Made by a program: the position numbers and the translations under genes. DNA of 51,901 bases from Planctomycetia bacterium (GTDB lineage: Bacteria; Planctomycetota; GCA-002687715): positions 1 to 51,901 of the forward strand of contig SXUL01000011.1 of NCBI GenBank assembly GCA_005790545.1. Direction: 5' to 3'. The notes under the pieces were generated by a model. That model was not told the origin of the DNA. It saw only the letters and a program-made list of their open reading frames with translations, and searched no databases. Of the stretch, positions 30,212-39,472 are shown one piece after another. Each line of letters opens with the position of its first letter. The stretch's first letter is position 1.

Positions 30212-30363
30212 TGGGTCCCCGTGACAGCAGAAGTGCCTGCTGCTGCAGCCTGCAGGCCAGCCTGCCCGCAACGTGGCCGCGGAGTTTACGGGCGGTGCCA
30301 CAGACCCGCAAGCGAGGGAGGCCTCCTCCAGCGCACAGTGCCCGCTCGGCATATGCTGCACCT

Positions 30364-31275
30364 GTGGCACCCGCGGGCAAGAACGAAGGCCGGATCGAAA
30401 CTGCGCTCATCAAGGCGTTTCTCGACGCGCGCTTGCTCGAATCCGGCCTCGCTCGGCACACGCGCGCCGCCTACGCGCGAGACCTTGGCCTGCTTGCCGC
30501 ACACCTGAAATCCGCGGGAAAAACGCTGCTGCATGCTTGCACCGAAGACCTCGCCGGGTTTCTGGCCGCCCGCACGGCGGCGGGCGAATCCGTGCGCACG
30601 CGGGCCCGCCGAGCGGCGGCGCTCAGAAGCTTCTACCGACACGCTCTGGATCAAGAGCTCATCCGCCGAGATCCGGCGCGCCTGATCCCCAGCCCGAAGC
30701 TGCCGGCCCTGCTGCCGAAAGCACTCAGCGCCGAGGACATGGAGACGCTCCTGCCCTGCAAGGCCACGGCGGACGAATCGCCACGCTTGCGGCTCCTGCT
30801 GGAGCTGCTTTATGGATGCGGGCTCCGCGCCAGCGAGCTGGCAGGCGTCCGCGGCGATGATTTCGATCTCTCGGGCGGATTCGTGCGGGTGCGCGGCAAG
30901 GGCGACCGTGAACGTGCGGTACCCGTCGGGCCGACGGTGCTGGAGGCCCTCCAAGCGTGGCTCCGTGCAAGGAAGGCCTTGACCACGCCCGCCAGTGGCC
31001 GTGCGCTCTTCATCACCGATGCCGGACGACCGTTCACGCGCGCTGACGTCCACGCAGCCGTGAAACAGCTTGTGCGGGCCAAGGGCATTCGCCGCCGCGT
31101 TACACCCCACACGCTGCGACACACCTTCGCCACGCATCTCGTGCAGGGCGGTGCGGATCTCCGCTCGGTCCAGGAAATGCTCGGCCATGCGAGCATCGAC
31201 ACCACGCAGATCTACACTTCTCTCGCTGATGAACACCTCAAGAGCAGCCACCGCCGACACCATCCCCGTGCTTGA
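30364..31275 (+). CDS. Tyrosine site-specific recombinase XerC/XerD
   Basis: N-terminal SAM-like domain (IKAFLDARLLESGLARHTRAAYARDLG), and catalytic R...HxLRHTFATHL...Y residues (TPHTLRHTFATHLVQGGADLRSVQEMLGHASIDTTQIYT). No in-frame ATG follows the upstream gene, so start is placed at GTG 30364. Confidence 0.8.
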   Translation: MAPAGKNEGRIETALIKAFLDARLLESGLARHTRAAYARDLGLLAAHLKSAGKTLLHACTEDLAGFLAARTAAGESVRTRARRAAALRSFYRHALDQELIRRDPARLIPSPKLPALLPKALSAEDMETLLPCKATADESPRLRLLLELLYGCGLRASELAGVRGDDFDLSGGFVRVRGKGDRERAVPVGPTVLEALQAWLRARKALTTPASGRALFITDAGRPFTRADVHAAVKQLVRAKGIRRRVTPHTLRHTFATHLVQGGADLRSVQEMLGHASIDTTQIYTSLADEHLKSSHRRHHPRA

Positions 31276-31951
31276 CCTCGCTGCTCATGCGCGGGCACTC
31301 ACGGAGTGTGCGCGCTGTCCCCGCCTGGTGCGCCACCGTGAATCCGTCGGCGATGACACCTACTGGGCCAGGCCAGTACCCGGATTCGGTGATGAGAGCG
31401 CTTCGCTCCTCGTCCTTGGCCTCGCTCCAGGCGCGCATGGGGCGAACCGCACAGGCCGCCCCTTCACGGGCGACGCCGCGGGAATCCTGCTCTATCGCAC
31501 GCTCCATGTTCTCGGTCTCGCGACCGCAGAGGAGTCCGTCCGGCGCGACGATGCACTGCGGCTGAAGGGGGTCTGGATCACGAATGCCGTGCGCTGTGTG
31601 CCCCCCGCCAACAAGCCGGATGCCCGCGAGTGCGCACGTTGCGCCGACTGGTTGCAGGCGGAATTGGCGCTGCTGCCTGTAGCCCGCGTGGTCGTGGCTC
31701 TCGGTCGCACCGCCCACGAAGCCATGCTCACGCAACGGCAACAAGCGACAGCCCTCCGGCGCAGGGATTACATCTTCCGGCATGGCGCGCGGCATGTGTT
31801 CCCGGACGGGCTCCTCCTCCACGACTGCTTCCATACCAGCCGCTACAACGTGAACACGGGCCGCGTGAATGAAGAAATGGTGCGCACTGTCTTCGAGGCC
31901 GCCGCCCGCGATGCAGGCCTGATTTCAAAGCGCCAACGACTCAAGACATGA
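31229..31951 (+). CDS. Uracil-DNA glycosylase superfamily protein (family 4/5, UdgB-like).
   Basis: Fe-S cysteine motif ECARCPRL and motif A LGLAPGAHGANRTGRPFTGDAAG (a GLAPG variant closer to family 5). The motif-B region is HTSRYNVNTG. Start is ATG 31229 (in frame with GTG 31268). It overlaps the xerC/D 3' end. Confidence 0.7.
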   Translation: MNTSRAATADTIPVLDLAAHARALTECARCPRLVRHRESVGDDTYWARPVPGFGDESASLLVLGLAPGAHGANRTGRPFTGDAAGILLYRTLHVLGLATAEESVRRDDALRLKGVWITNAVRCVPPANKPDARECARCADWLQAELALLPVARVVVALGRTAHEAMLTQRQQATALRRRDYIFRHGARHVFPDGLLLHDCFHTSRYNVNTGRVNEEMVRTVFEAAARDAGLISKRQRLKT

Positions 31952-33767
31952 CCGACAACGCATCGAGGATGCGGCGCGCAAGCGCCTTGGAGATTCCCGG
32001 CGTCCGCGCCACCACAGCCACGTCCTGAGTGCGCAGTCCGGCGATGGAGCCGAAGCTGCGCAGCAGTGCTGCCGCGCGCGCAGGGCCGACACCAGGAATC
32101 GCTTCGAGCGCAGACCCCCCGAGTCGGCCGCGCCGCAGCGCACGGTTGTGACGCAGCGCCCGCCTGTGCGCCTCGTCGCGCACGCGCATGAGCAGGAGCA
32201 GCGCTGGATCATCAGCTTCGGGGATGAGTGCCTGCTGCGCGTCCGGCAACCAGATGCGTTCGTGGCTGCGAGGACCAACCTCATCACGACGCCCCTTGGC
32301 GAGGGCGAGGACGTCCGTGCTGGTCACGCCCGTCGCGCGCAGCAACGGCAGCACACGCGCGAGTTGCGGAGGGCCACCGTCGATGAGGATGAGGTCGGGC
32401 AGGTCTTCGTCCTTCCGCCCGCGCTCGAGACGACGGCGCAGCACTTCTTCCATGGCCGCGAAGTCGTCGTTGCGCTGGACTCCGCGCAATCGAAAGCTCC
32501 GGTAACGCTTGGGGGCTGGGCGCCCATCCGCAAAAGCGACACATGACCCGGTGACATGCTCGCCCGCAAGATGGGAGATATCGAAGCCCTCGATCCTGCG
32601 CGGCAGGTGCCTGAGCCCGCACAACGCGCGCAGGCGCTCCAGCACTTCGGTCTTCCGGGTTTCCGCTTGCTCGCGCCCTTCAAGACGCGAGAGCGCATTG
32701 CGCCGCGCGAGGTCCACGAGACGGAGTGACGCGCCCTTCTGCGGGGATTCGATACGAACACGAACGCCGCGCAAACCCGAGAGCCGCTCCGCGTGCGCAT
32801 CAGGCTCTGGCAATGCACAGGAGATCAGCAAGCGCTTCGGGGGCAGCTCCGCTTCAGAGTAGTGCTGTTGCACAAGTGCTGCGAGAACCTCTTCCTCCCC
32901 GGCCTTGGTTGCAGCCTCGAAATGCCGCGATCCCGCAAGCACGCCGTCGCGCATCGAGAGCACTGAACACGCGGCCCGACCGCCGCTGCAGGCCACGCCC
33001 AGCGCATCCAGATCGCCTTCACCGCGCACGCTCACGGCCGCGCTCTTCAGAATGGCACGCAACGCTTGCAGCCGGTCACGCAAGTCCGCGGCGCGTTCGA
33101 ACTCGAGAGCGGCTGCGGCGGCGTGCATGCGCTCCTCAACGCCCGCGAGCAGTCCGCGGTCATGGCCGCGGAGGAGGCCGACCAGGTCCTCCACCACGCG
33201 CGCGTAGTCCTCGCGCGAACAGAGCGCCACGCATGGCGCGAGGCAGCGTTTCATTTCGTGCTCAATGCACGGCCGCGAACGATTGTGCAGCGCGTGATCA
33301 TCGCAGGAGCGCAGCGGAAAGAGGCCGTTCAGTTCGCGCAGGAGACGCCGCGCGCCTTGCGCACTGGGGTAAGGCCCGAAGTGCAGTGCACCCGGCGGCC
33401 CCTTGCGTCGGCGCACGACACGCAGACGCGGCCACTCCTCACCCGGAATCACCTGCAGCGAGAAATGCAGACTGTCGTCCTTCAGCTTCACATTGAGCGG
33501 CGGATCGTGCCGCTTGATCAATGCGTTCTCAAGGACGAGAGCCTCTGTCTCCGTGTCGGTGACAACCCAGTCGATGGTTTTCACGCGCTCGGGGAGCAGC
33601 AGGTGCACCGGACGCTGCTCGCGCGGCTGCAGGTAACTCGCAACACGGGAACGCAACTTCCGCGCCTTGCCGACATAGAGCACGTGGCCCTGCGCATCGA
33701 CAAAGAGGTAGCAGCCGGGGCACTCCGGCAGAGCATTCAGAGAACTCGCAGCGAATGGAACAGACAT
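31941..33767 (-). CDS. uvrC: Excinuclease ABC subunit C
   Basis: GIY-YIG domain (CPGCYLFVDAQGHVLYVGKARKLRSRVASY), UvrBC-interaction region, and an RNaseH-like plus HhH2 C-terminus. 608 aa. Confidence 0.9.
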   Translation of the reverse strand: MSVPFAASSLNALPECPGCYLFVDAQGHVLYVGKARKLRSRVASYLQPREQRPVHLLLPERVKTIDWVVTDTETEALVLENALIKRHDPPLNVKLKDDSLHFSLQVIPGEEWPRLRVVRRRKGPPGALHFGPYPSAQGARRLLRELNGLFPLRSCDDHALHNRSRPCIEHEMKRCLAPCVALCSREDYARVVEDLVGLLRGHDRGLLAGVEERMHAAAAALEFERAADLRDRLQALRAILKSAAVSVRGEGDLDALGVACSGGRAACSVLSMRDGVLAGSRHFEAATKAGEEEVLAALVQQHYSEAELPPKRLLISCALPEPDAHAERLSGLRGVRVRIESPQKGASLRLVDLARRNALSRLEGREQAETRKTEVLERLRALCGLRHLPRRIEGFDISHLAGEHVTGSCVAFADGRPAPKRYRSFRLRGVQRNDDFAAMEEVLRRRLERGRKDEDLPDLILIDGGPPQLARVLPLLRATGVTSTDVLALAKGRRDEVGPRSHERIWLPDAQQALIPEADDPALLLLMRVRDEAHRRALRHNRALRRGRLGGSALEAIPGVGPARAAALLRSFGSIAGLRTQDVAVVARTPGISKALARRILDALSVMS

Positions 33768-33772
33768 GTTCT

Positions 33773-35776
33773 TCAGGCCAGCAAACGCGCTTCGAGATCC
33801 CGGATGATGTCGCGCAGTCGTGCCGCATCCTCGTAGCGTTGCGCACTGGCTGCGGCGTACATCTCCTCTCTGAGCTTGCCGAGATCGCGCGCGGCGCTCT
33901 CGAAACTGAGCGGAACTTCGCTCGCCTTGGCGGGAAGCTTCTCCTCGTCCTTGTAGAAACTCTCCGGCAGTTCACCGATGCGCTTCAGGATGGTGCGCGG
34001 AGTGATGCCGTGGAGCCTGTTGTGCTCCTCCTGACGCGAGCGGCGCCGTGCGGTTTCATCCAGAGCCGCCTGCATGGCCGCAGTGATGCGATCGGCATAG
34101 AGAATGACGCGACCGTCTGCATTGCGGGCCGCGCGACCAATGGTCTGGATCAGGCTGTCGCGACTGCGGAGGAACCCCTCCTTGTCCGCATCGAGAATGG
34201 CCACCAAAGCGACCTCGGGGATATCGAGCCCCTCGCGCAGGAGATTGATGCCGACGAGCACGTCGAAGGTGCCGAGGCGGAGGTCCCTGATGATGGCGCT
34301 GCGCTCAAGCGTCTCCACGTCGGAATGCAGGTAGCGCACCTTCAGACCCGTTGCGCGGAAAAACGCGCTCAGATCCTCTGCGCTGCGCTTCGTGAGACAA
34401 GTGACGAGGACGCGGAACCCGCGGGCGATGACTTCGCGTGCCACACCGAGCACATCGTCCACTTGTCCTCGCGCTGGACGCACCTCCGTGACGGGGTCGA
34501 GCAATCCCGTGGGTCGGATCACCTGCTCCGCAGAGATCCCGCCGCTCTTCCCGAGTTCCAGTACGGCTGGTGTGGCGCTGACGTAGACCGCCTGCCCGAC
34601 GCGCGCCTCAAATTCCTCGAACGTGAGGGGACGATTGTCGAGAGCGCTGGGCAAACGAAAACCATGTTCGACGAGATTCTGTTTGCGTGCGCGGTCGCCG
34701 CGCGCCATGCCGCCCACCTGCGGCAGGGAAATATGAGACTCGTCCGCGAAAAGAATGAAGTCGTCCGCGAAGTAATCGAGCAGCGTTGCCGGCGGCTCTC
34801 CGGCGCCACGCCCATCGAGGTGCCGACTGTAGTTCTCGATGCCGCTGCAATGCCCGAGCTGCGTGAGCATCTCGAGGTCGTGCTGCGTGCGCTGTTCAAG
34901 ACGCTGCGCTTCGAGGAGCTTGCCCCGCCCGCGCAACTCGGCGAGACGAGCCTCCAATTCCTCTTCGATGCCCTCGATGGCAGGCAGCAAGCGCTCCTTC
35001 GGCGTGACGTAGTGCGATGAAGGGAAGATCACGACATCCTCCACAGGTTCGAGCACACGACCAGTGACGGCATCCACGCGCTCGATGCTCTCGATGGTGT
35101 CACCAAAGAATTCGAGGCGGATGAGTTCGCCATCTCCCGCAGCAGGCGAGATCTCAATGACGTCACCGCGTGCGCGAAAGGTCGCCCGCTTCGGTGTCAT
35201 GTCGTTCCGCGGATACTGCATCTGTACAAGGCGCTTGATGATCTTCTCGCGCTCGATTTCCTCGCCTCGCTTGAGCTCGAGCCGCATGGCGCCGTACGTC
35301 CCGGGAGAACCGATGCCGTAGATGCACGAGACCGAGGCAACAATGATCACATCGCGGCGAAGCAGCAGATTGGCCGTGGCCGCGTGGCGCATGCGATCGA
35401 TGCGGTCGTCAATGCTCGCGTCCTTGGCGATGTAGGTGTCCGAAGCTGCCACGTAGGCCTCTGGCTGGTAGTAGTCTTAGTAGGAGATGAAGTACTCCAC
35501 CGCATTCTCGGGGAACAGCTCACGGAATTCCGTGAAGAGCTGCGCCGCGAGCGTCTTGTTGGGCGCCAGCACGAGCGCCGGACGTTGCACCGCCTCGATC
35601 ACGTTGGCCACGCTGAAGGTCTTGCCGCTGCCGGTAGCGCCCAGCAGTGTCTGATGACGTCTTCCCGCACGCAGGCCGGCAACCAGCGCCTCGATGGCCG
35701 CGGGCTGATCGCCTGTGGGTGCGAATGAACCGGAGATACGAAACGGCCTCGCCTCGCTCATGTCACGCTGTCGCAT
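33773..35776 (-). pseudogene. uvrB: Excinuclease ABC subunit B (uvrB) interrupted by one in-frame TAA at 35477-35479. The two fragments together are full length.
   Basis: The N-terminal fragment at 35477-35776 contains Walker A ([11 protein letters not shown]) and ends ...AVEYFISY*. The downstream fragment continues [24 protein letters not shown]..., which is the conserved UvrB sequence [10 protein letters not shown] with the second Tyr replaced by a stop. The track splits the gene into two ORFs (35477..35776 and 33773..35452). Confidence 0.6.
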
Positions 35777-37004
35777 TCAGGAAATACCAGAAAACGAACC
35801 ACGTTGCCGCGCACGCCGACCACGCACCGACAGGGACGAGCATCCGGGCAAGCCCGCACATGGTCTCCGCGCCGAAGAAGCGCGCTGAAAGCACGAAGCA
35901 CATGTGCACCGGCGAAAGAAGGTAGCCCGCGAAGGAACTGGCATACGCAACGGCGAAGATCAAGAGCCTTGGGTCGTCACCCGCGCTGCGCGCGAGCGGC
36001 AATGCGGCCACCAACGGGAAGGACATGGTCACCGCAGCGACGGTGTTGCCTGTCACGACGCCTGCGAGAAGTGGCAAGAGCAGCACCGCACTCCAAGCCG
36101 CGCCGCAGCGCGTGGCCACTTCAGTCGCTTCCGCGGCCGCACCGCTTCCGCTCACCATGGCGCCGAACAATTTGATGCTTGCGGCCATGCCAACGAGTGC
36201 CCAGAGGCGCTGCGTTGCCAAGGTCCGCCACAGAGCCGCGCTGCCGTGCCTCCAAACGAGAAAGAGCACCGCCGGGACGACGGCGAACGCGACGTGCCAA
36301 TCTGCTGGCAGCATGTGCACACGCGGCTCCATCACACCAAGCACGGGCACACCCGCCAACATGATGGCGATAGCACCCATCACGCTCGTCATGCTGCCAG
36401 CACCTGCCCACTCCTCCGTCGTCGCTGGAAGTCTGCGGAGAATCCAGATGACGCCGACGGCCGCCATGCAGAGCATCAGCGGCGCCAGCATGAGAGAGAA
36501 CGAGATCAGCGGCACATCAGCCATCTTTGCGGCGAGGAGGACCGGCGGGTACAGCGGCCACCAGATCTCCCAGATGTGCCGGAACCAGTAGTTCGTGAAA
36601 TGCTGTTCTTCGCGCGTGCCGACGGCGCATTCCTCCACCATCGGAGCTGAAACAACGGCTCCACCAGGCATCGGGAGCAAGCCGACGATGGCGGGCAACA
36701 CCGCAGCCCGTGCACGATCCGAGCGGATGCGGCGCGACGCCGCGCTGGCGAGTTGACGCAGCGCTCCGGATTCTTGGAGCTGTCCGCTGAGCACGAACAC
36801 GCTGAAGACCGAAGCCACAAAGGAAAGCGTGCTGCGTGACACTGCGGCTTCGAACAGAGCGAGCGCTCCATGGCTCGGCCCAGCCGCACACGCAAGCACC
36901 AGCACGCCGGTCCCGGCGAGATAACCGAGCGTCTGTGGCCAGCGCAGCCGCGCAGAGAAGAGAATCAGAAGAAGCGCAGAGCCGAGCGCGAGCAAGACCC
37001 ACAT
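35763..37004 (-). CDS. Polytopic inner-membrane protein, possibly DUF401-family (putative transporter).
   Basis: 413 aa with at least 10 predicted TM helices and Gly/Ala-rich helices. There is no soluble domain. The DUF401 assignment is from memory and weak. Confidence 0.45.
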   Translation of the reverse strand: MWVLLALGSALLLILFSARLRWPQTLGYLAGTGVLVLACAAGPSHGALALFEAAVSRSTLSFVASVFSVFVLSGQLQESGALRQLASAASRRIRSDRARAAVLPAIVGLLPMPGGAVVSAPMVEECAVGTREEQHFTNYWFRHIWEIWWPLYPPVLLAAKMADVPLISFSLMLAPLMLCMAAVGVIWILRRLPATTEEWAGAGSMTSVMGAIAIMLAGVPVLGVMEPRVHMLPADWHVAFAVVPAVLFLVWRHGSAALWRTLATQRLWALVGMAASIKLFGAMVSGSGAAAEATEVATRCGAAWSAVLLLPLLAGVVTGNTVAAVTMSFPLVAALPLARSAGDDPRLLIFAVAYASSFAGYLLSPVHMCFVLSARFFGAETMCGLARMLVPVGAWSACAATWFVFWYFLNATA

Positions 37005-37117
37005 GGCTTCACTTTAGCCGTCATGGATGTCGTGCGCGCTCCAGCCCCCGCTCGGCAGTCGGCGCCGGTTGTGAACTCGCCCCAAGAGCACACGGGCGTG
37101 CTCAAGTCTTCGTTGCG

Positions 37118-39175
37118 TCAGCGACCACTCGCTGCGGCGATGGATGCCTCGCATGTGCGCGTCAGGCTGTCGAGGCTGACATGGGAGCAGCCGGCAGTTC
37201 TGAGAGCGGCCAGTTCGCGCTGCGCGGACCACGGGTCACCAGCCGCCAACTGTGCACAAGCCAGAACGTAACTCGTAGCGACGTCATCAGGATTCCGGAG
37301 CAGTTCCGCCTGCAAGGGACGCACCACATCCTGCACCAGCCGCCCCTTCTCGCTGAGCGCCAGGCAGAGATCCGGCAAACGGGTGGCGAGGCCTGCATCG
37401 AGGGTCATGGCCGTTTGCAGTGCACCTGCCGCCAACTCGAACCGGCCCGCAGCGCTCAGAGCGACACCCAATTCCGCACACGCAAAGGCATCGTCTTCAC
37501 GTTGCAGCCAGGCTCTGCGAAAGGCCTCTGCTGCGAGAATGTAATCCCTCGACCGCAGCCAACCTTCGCCGCGCGCCAGACACTCGCTAGCGCTCAGTCC
37601 TTCGGGGAACTCAGAGCTGAGCTGCTGACGGAATTCCACCGGAACGATGGAACGCGCGCTCACAGGGTCTGCCGCAGACACAACGACCACCGCATCGTCG
37701 TAGCTCACGTAGGGGTCCATGGACTCGGTGCGATCCACGACGATGGTCTCGTACTGCACGGTGCTCCAGGCCGGGTAGTAGCCGGTCGAGCAGTAGTAGC
37801 TCCATGGGTAATAGCTGTAGGAGTAGTAGCTCGGCGCGCAACTGCTCGCGTACCAGTTGCCGCTGCTCCAGCCGAATCCGACCGAGAAGCGCCAACTCGG
37901 CCGACACCAGCTCACCCAACTCCAGCTCGGCGTCGCGAAGCACCAACTGGGTGTGCACCACGTGGGTGAGTATGTCCATGCGCAGGGGCTCCAGCACGGA
38001 TCCCAGCAACTCACGCTCCACCAGTTGGATGGTTGGTAGCAGTAGCTCCACGGAGATGCGCCCCAGGGCGTTGTGCAGCCGGGCTCGGGAACGCAGGTTG
38101 TGCCACCACCTGCAACCACAACACCGGTTCCTTGCGCGACACCACCACCGGAGGTGACAGAAGCCGTCGCAAGGGGAGCGCTTCCCCCGACAGGAACCAA
38201 CGGGCTTGCAACGGGGCGCACCGCCGTCGGGCGCGGACTGGGCGCCACCACGCTGGATGAAAGCGCGCGTGGTGGCTTCTCGTCGCCTCCTTGAGTCGGC
38301 GGGACATCCACCTTGGGGCGAAAAGCCACGGACGGCGAGGTCCAGCCGCTTGCCGGACGAACTGTGGGTGCGCGACCGCGAGGCTTCTCGGGCGTGTTGC
38401 CGTTGCTGGACGGGCGCACCGATGCAGGCTCATCCGCTGTGCCTGGACGTGCGGGCGCGGCGGGAGAAGTCACGGTGGGGCGCAAGCCACTGGTCTTGTC
38501 GCCTCCTGAGGGTGACACGTCGGGGGCGAGTCCTCCGGTACGTCCGCGTGGTGTGGTCCAAGACGAGGACGGCCTGGCGGGCGGTGAGGCTGGCCTGCTC
38601 GGCTGCTGATCTCCTGTTGGCTGGGATGATGTCCAGCCACGTCCAGAACTACCTGCTGCGGGCTTGCTCGGCGCTCCGCTGCTCGTCCAACCCTGGTTCT
38701 GGGACCCCGGCGCCGGCCGCGCGGGTGTGGACACTCCGCGACCCGTGTCGGGGTCTTGGCCAACGGATACGCCCGGCCGTGAAGGTGGCGTGTAGGTCGG
38801 CCGCGCTGGAGGTGAGTAGCTCGGCCGGCTGGGTTGAGCGGTCGGACGAGTAGTGACGACACCGCTCGGACGGCCTGTGTCCTGTGGTGCCTGATGAGTG
38901 GGCTGGGGAACTTGGCGCGATGGCTGGGCAGGCGGGCTGTAGGTCGGGCGTGCTGTGGGAGCGGGCGGGCTGTAGCTCGGACGCGACGGTTGTGCGGGCG
39001 GGTTGTAGGTCGGACGTGTTGCGGGAGCTGAAGGCTGGGCGCGAGGAGCGGGAGCCGGCGCCGGCTGGGCGGACGGCCGTGCAAGACCTCCGCCAGTTTG
39101 GTCCGATCCTGGCCGGCCCTGAGCGATCAAGCACGAGGCACCGAGCACCCAGCAAGCCAGCATCTTCATCGTCAT
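37118..39175 (-). CDS. Secreted Pro/Ser/Thr-rich protein with tandem 11-aa repeats, a Trp/Cys/Tyr-rich block and a C-terminal TPR-like helical domain.
   Basis: Signal peptide MTMKMLACWVLGASCLIAQG. Repeats RPTYNPPAQPS / RPSYSPPAPTA / RPTYSPPAQPS. Residues roughly 361-471 contain about 17 Trp, 11 Cys and many Tyr (for example SWCRPSW, PCWSPCAW, YYSYSYYPWSYYC). The C-terminal roughly 180 aa are helical and TPR-like. Confidence 0.6.
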   Translation of the reverse strand: MTMKMLACWVLGASCLIAQGRPGSDQTGGGLARPSAQPAPAPAPRAQPSAPATRPTYNPPAQPSRPSYSPPAPTARPTYSPPAQPSRQVPQPTHQAPQDTGRPSGVVTTRPTAQPSRPSYSPPARPTYTPPSRPGVSVGQDPDTGRGVSTPARPAPGSQNQGWTSSGAPSKPAAGSSGRGWTSSQPTGDQQPSRPASPPARPSSSWTTPRGRTGGLAPDVSPSGGDKTSGLRPTVTSPAAPARPGTADEPASVRPSSNGNTPEKPRGRAPTVRPASGWTSPSVAFRPKVDVPPTQGGDEKPPRALSSSVVAPSPRPTAVRPVASPLVPVGGSAPLATASVTSGGGVAQGTGVVVAGGGTTCVPEPGCTTPWGASPWSYCYQPSNWWSVSCWDPCWSPCAWTYSPTWCTPSWCFATPSWSWVSWCRPSWRFSVGFGWSSGNWYASSCAPSYYSYSYYPWSYYCSTGYYPAWSTVQYETIVVDRTESMDPYVSYDDAVVVVSAADPVSARSIVPVEFRQQLSSEFPEGLSASECLARGEGWLRSRDYILAAEAFRRAWLQREDDAFACAELGVALSAAGRFELAAGALQTAMTLDAGLATRLPDLCLALSEKGRLVQDVVRPLQAELLRNPDDVATSYVLACAQLAAGDPWSAQRELAALRTAGCSHVSLDSLTRTCEASIAAASGR

Positions 39176-39395
39176 GGTTCGTCACTCCTGCGGCCACGGG
39201 CCGCGCGAAGGCTACCTCGCACTCGGCGTGCCATTCCGCAATCAAGCGTGCAACAGCCACAAGATCTTATCCCATCACGATTCGTGACTGAACGGGTTGA
39301 GCGCCTTGCGCTGCACTGTGTAGCCAAGAGTGGACACTGAGCGAGATTCTGCAGGCCAGTCGTGACTGCCTTGAGCCTCCGTCACAGACGCCAGA

Positions 39396-39429
39396 TGCAA
39401 AACGACAGCGGGGCTGCCGAAGCAGCCCC
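39396..39429 (-). terminator. Candidate intrinsic terminator downstream of the outer-membrane barrel gene (minus strand).
   Basis: Plus strand reads aaaacgacagCGGGGCTGCcgaaGCAGCCCCG. This gives a 9-bp GC-rich stem with a tetraloop. On the minus strand it is followed, after a 6-nt spacer, by TTTT. Confidence 0.4.
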
Positions 39430-39472
39430 GAGTCGATCCTGCCGGAGGAGGCAGGGGTTTCGCCGTTCCAGA

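Noticed and set aside
30286-31263. A 325 aa minus-strand ORF overlapping the xerC/D recombinase gene.
   Set aside because: It is antisense to a gene with clear tyrosine-recombinase catalytic motifs, and it is Arg/Ala-rich low-complexity sequence.
33755-35020. A 421 aa plus-strand ORF antisense to uvrB.
   Set aside because: It is the mirror of the conserved uvrB coding sequence and has no recognisable motifs.
36836-37969. A 377 aa plus-strand ORF bridging the DUF401-like gene and the Pro-rich gene.
   Set aside because: It crosses an intergenic region and is antisense to two minus-strand genes, one of which has a signal peptide and repeats. Its composition is Arg/Ala-rich.
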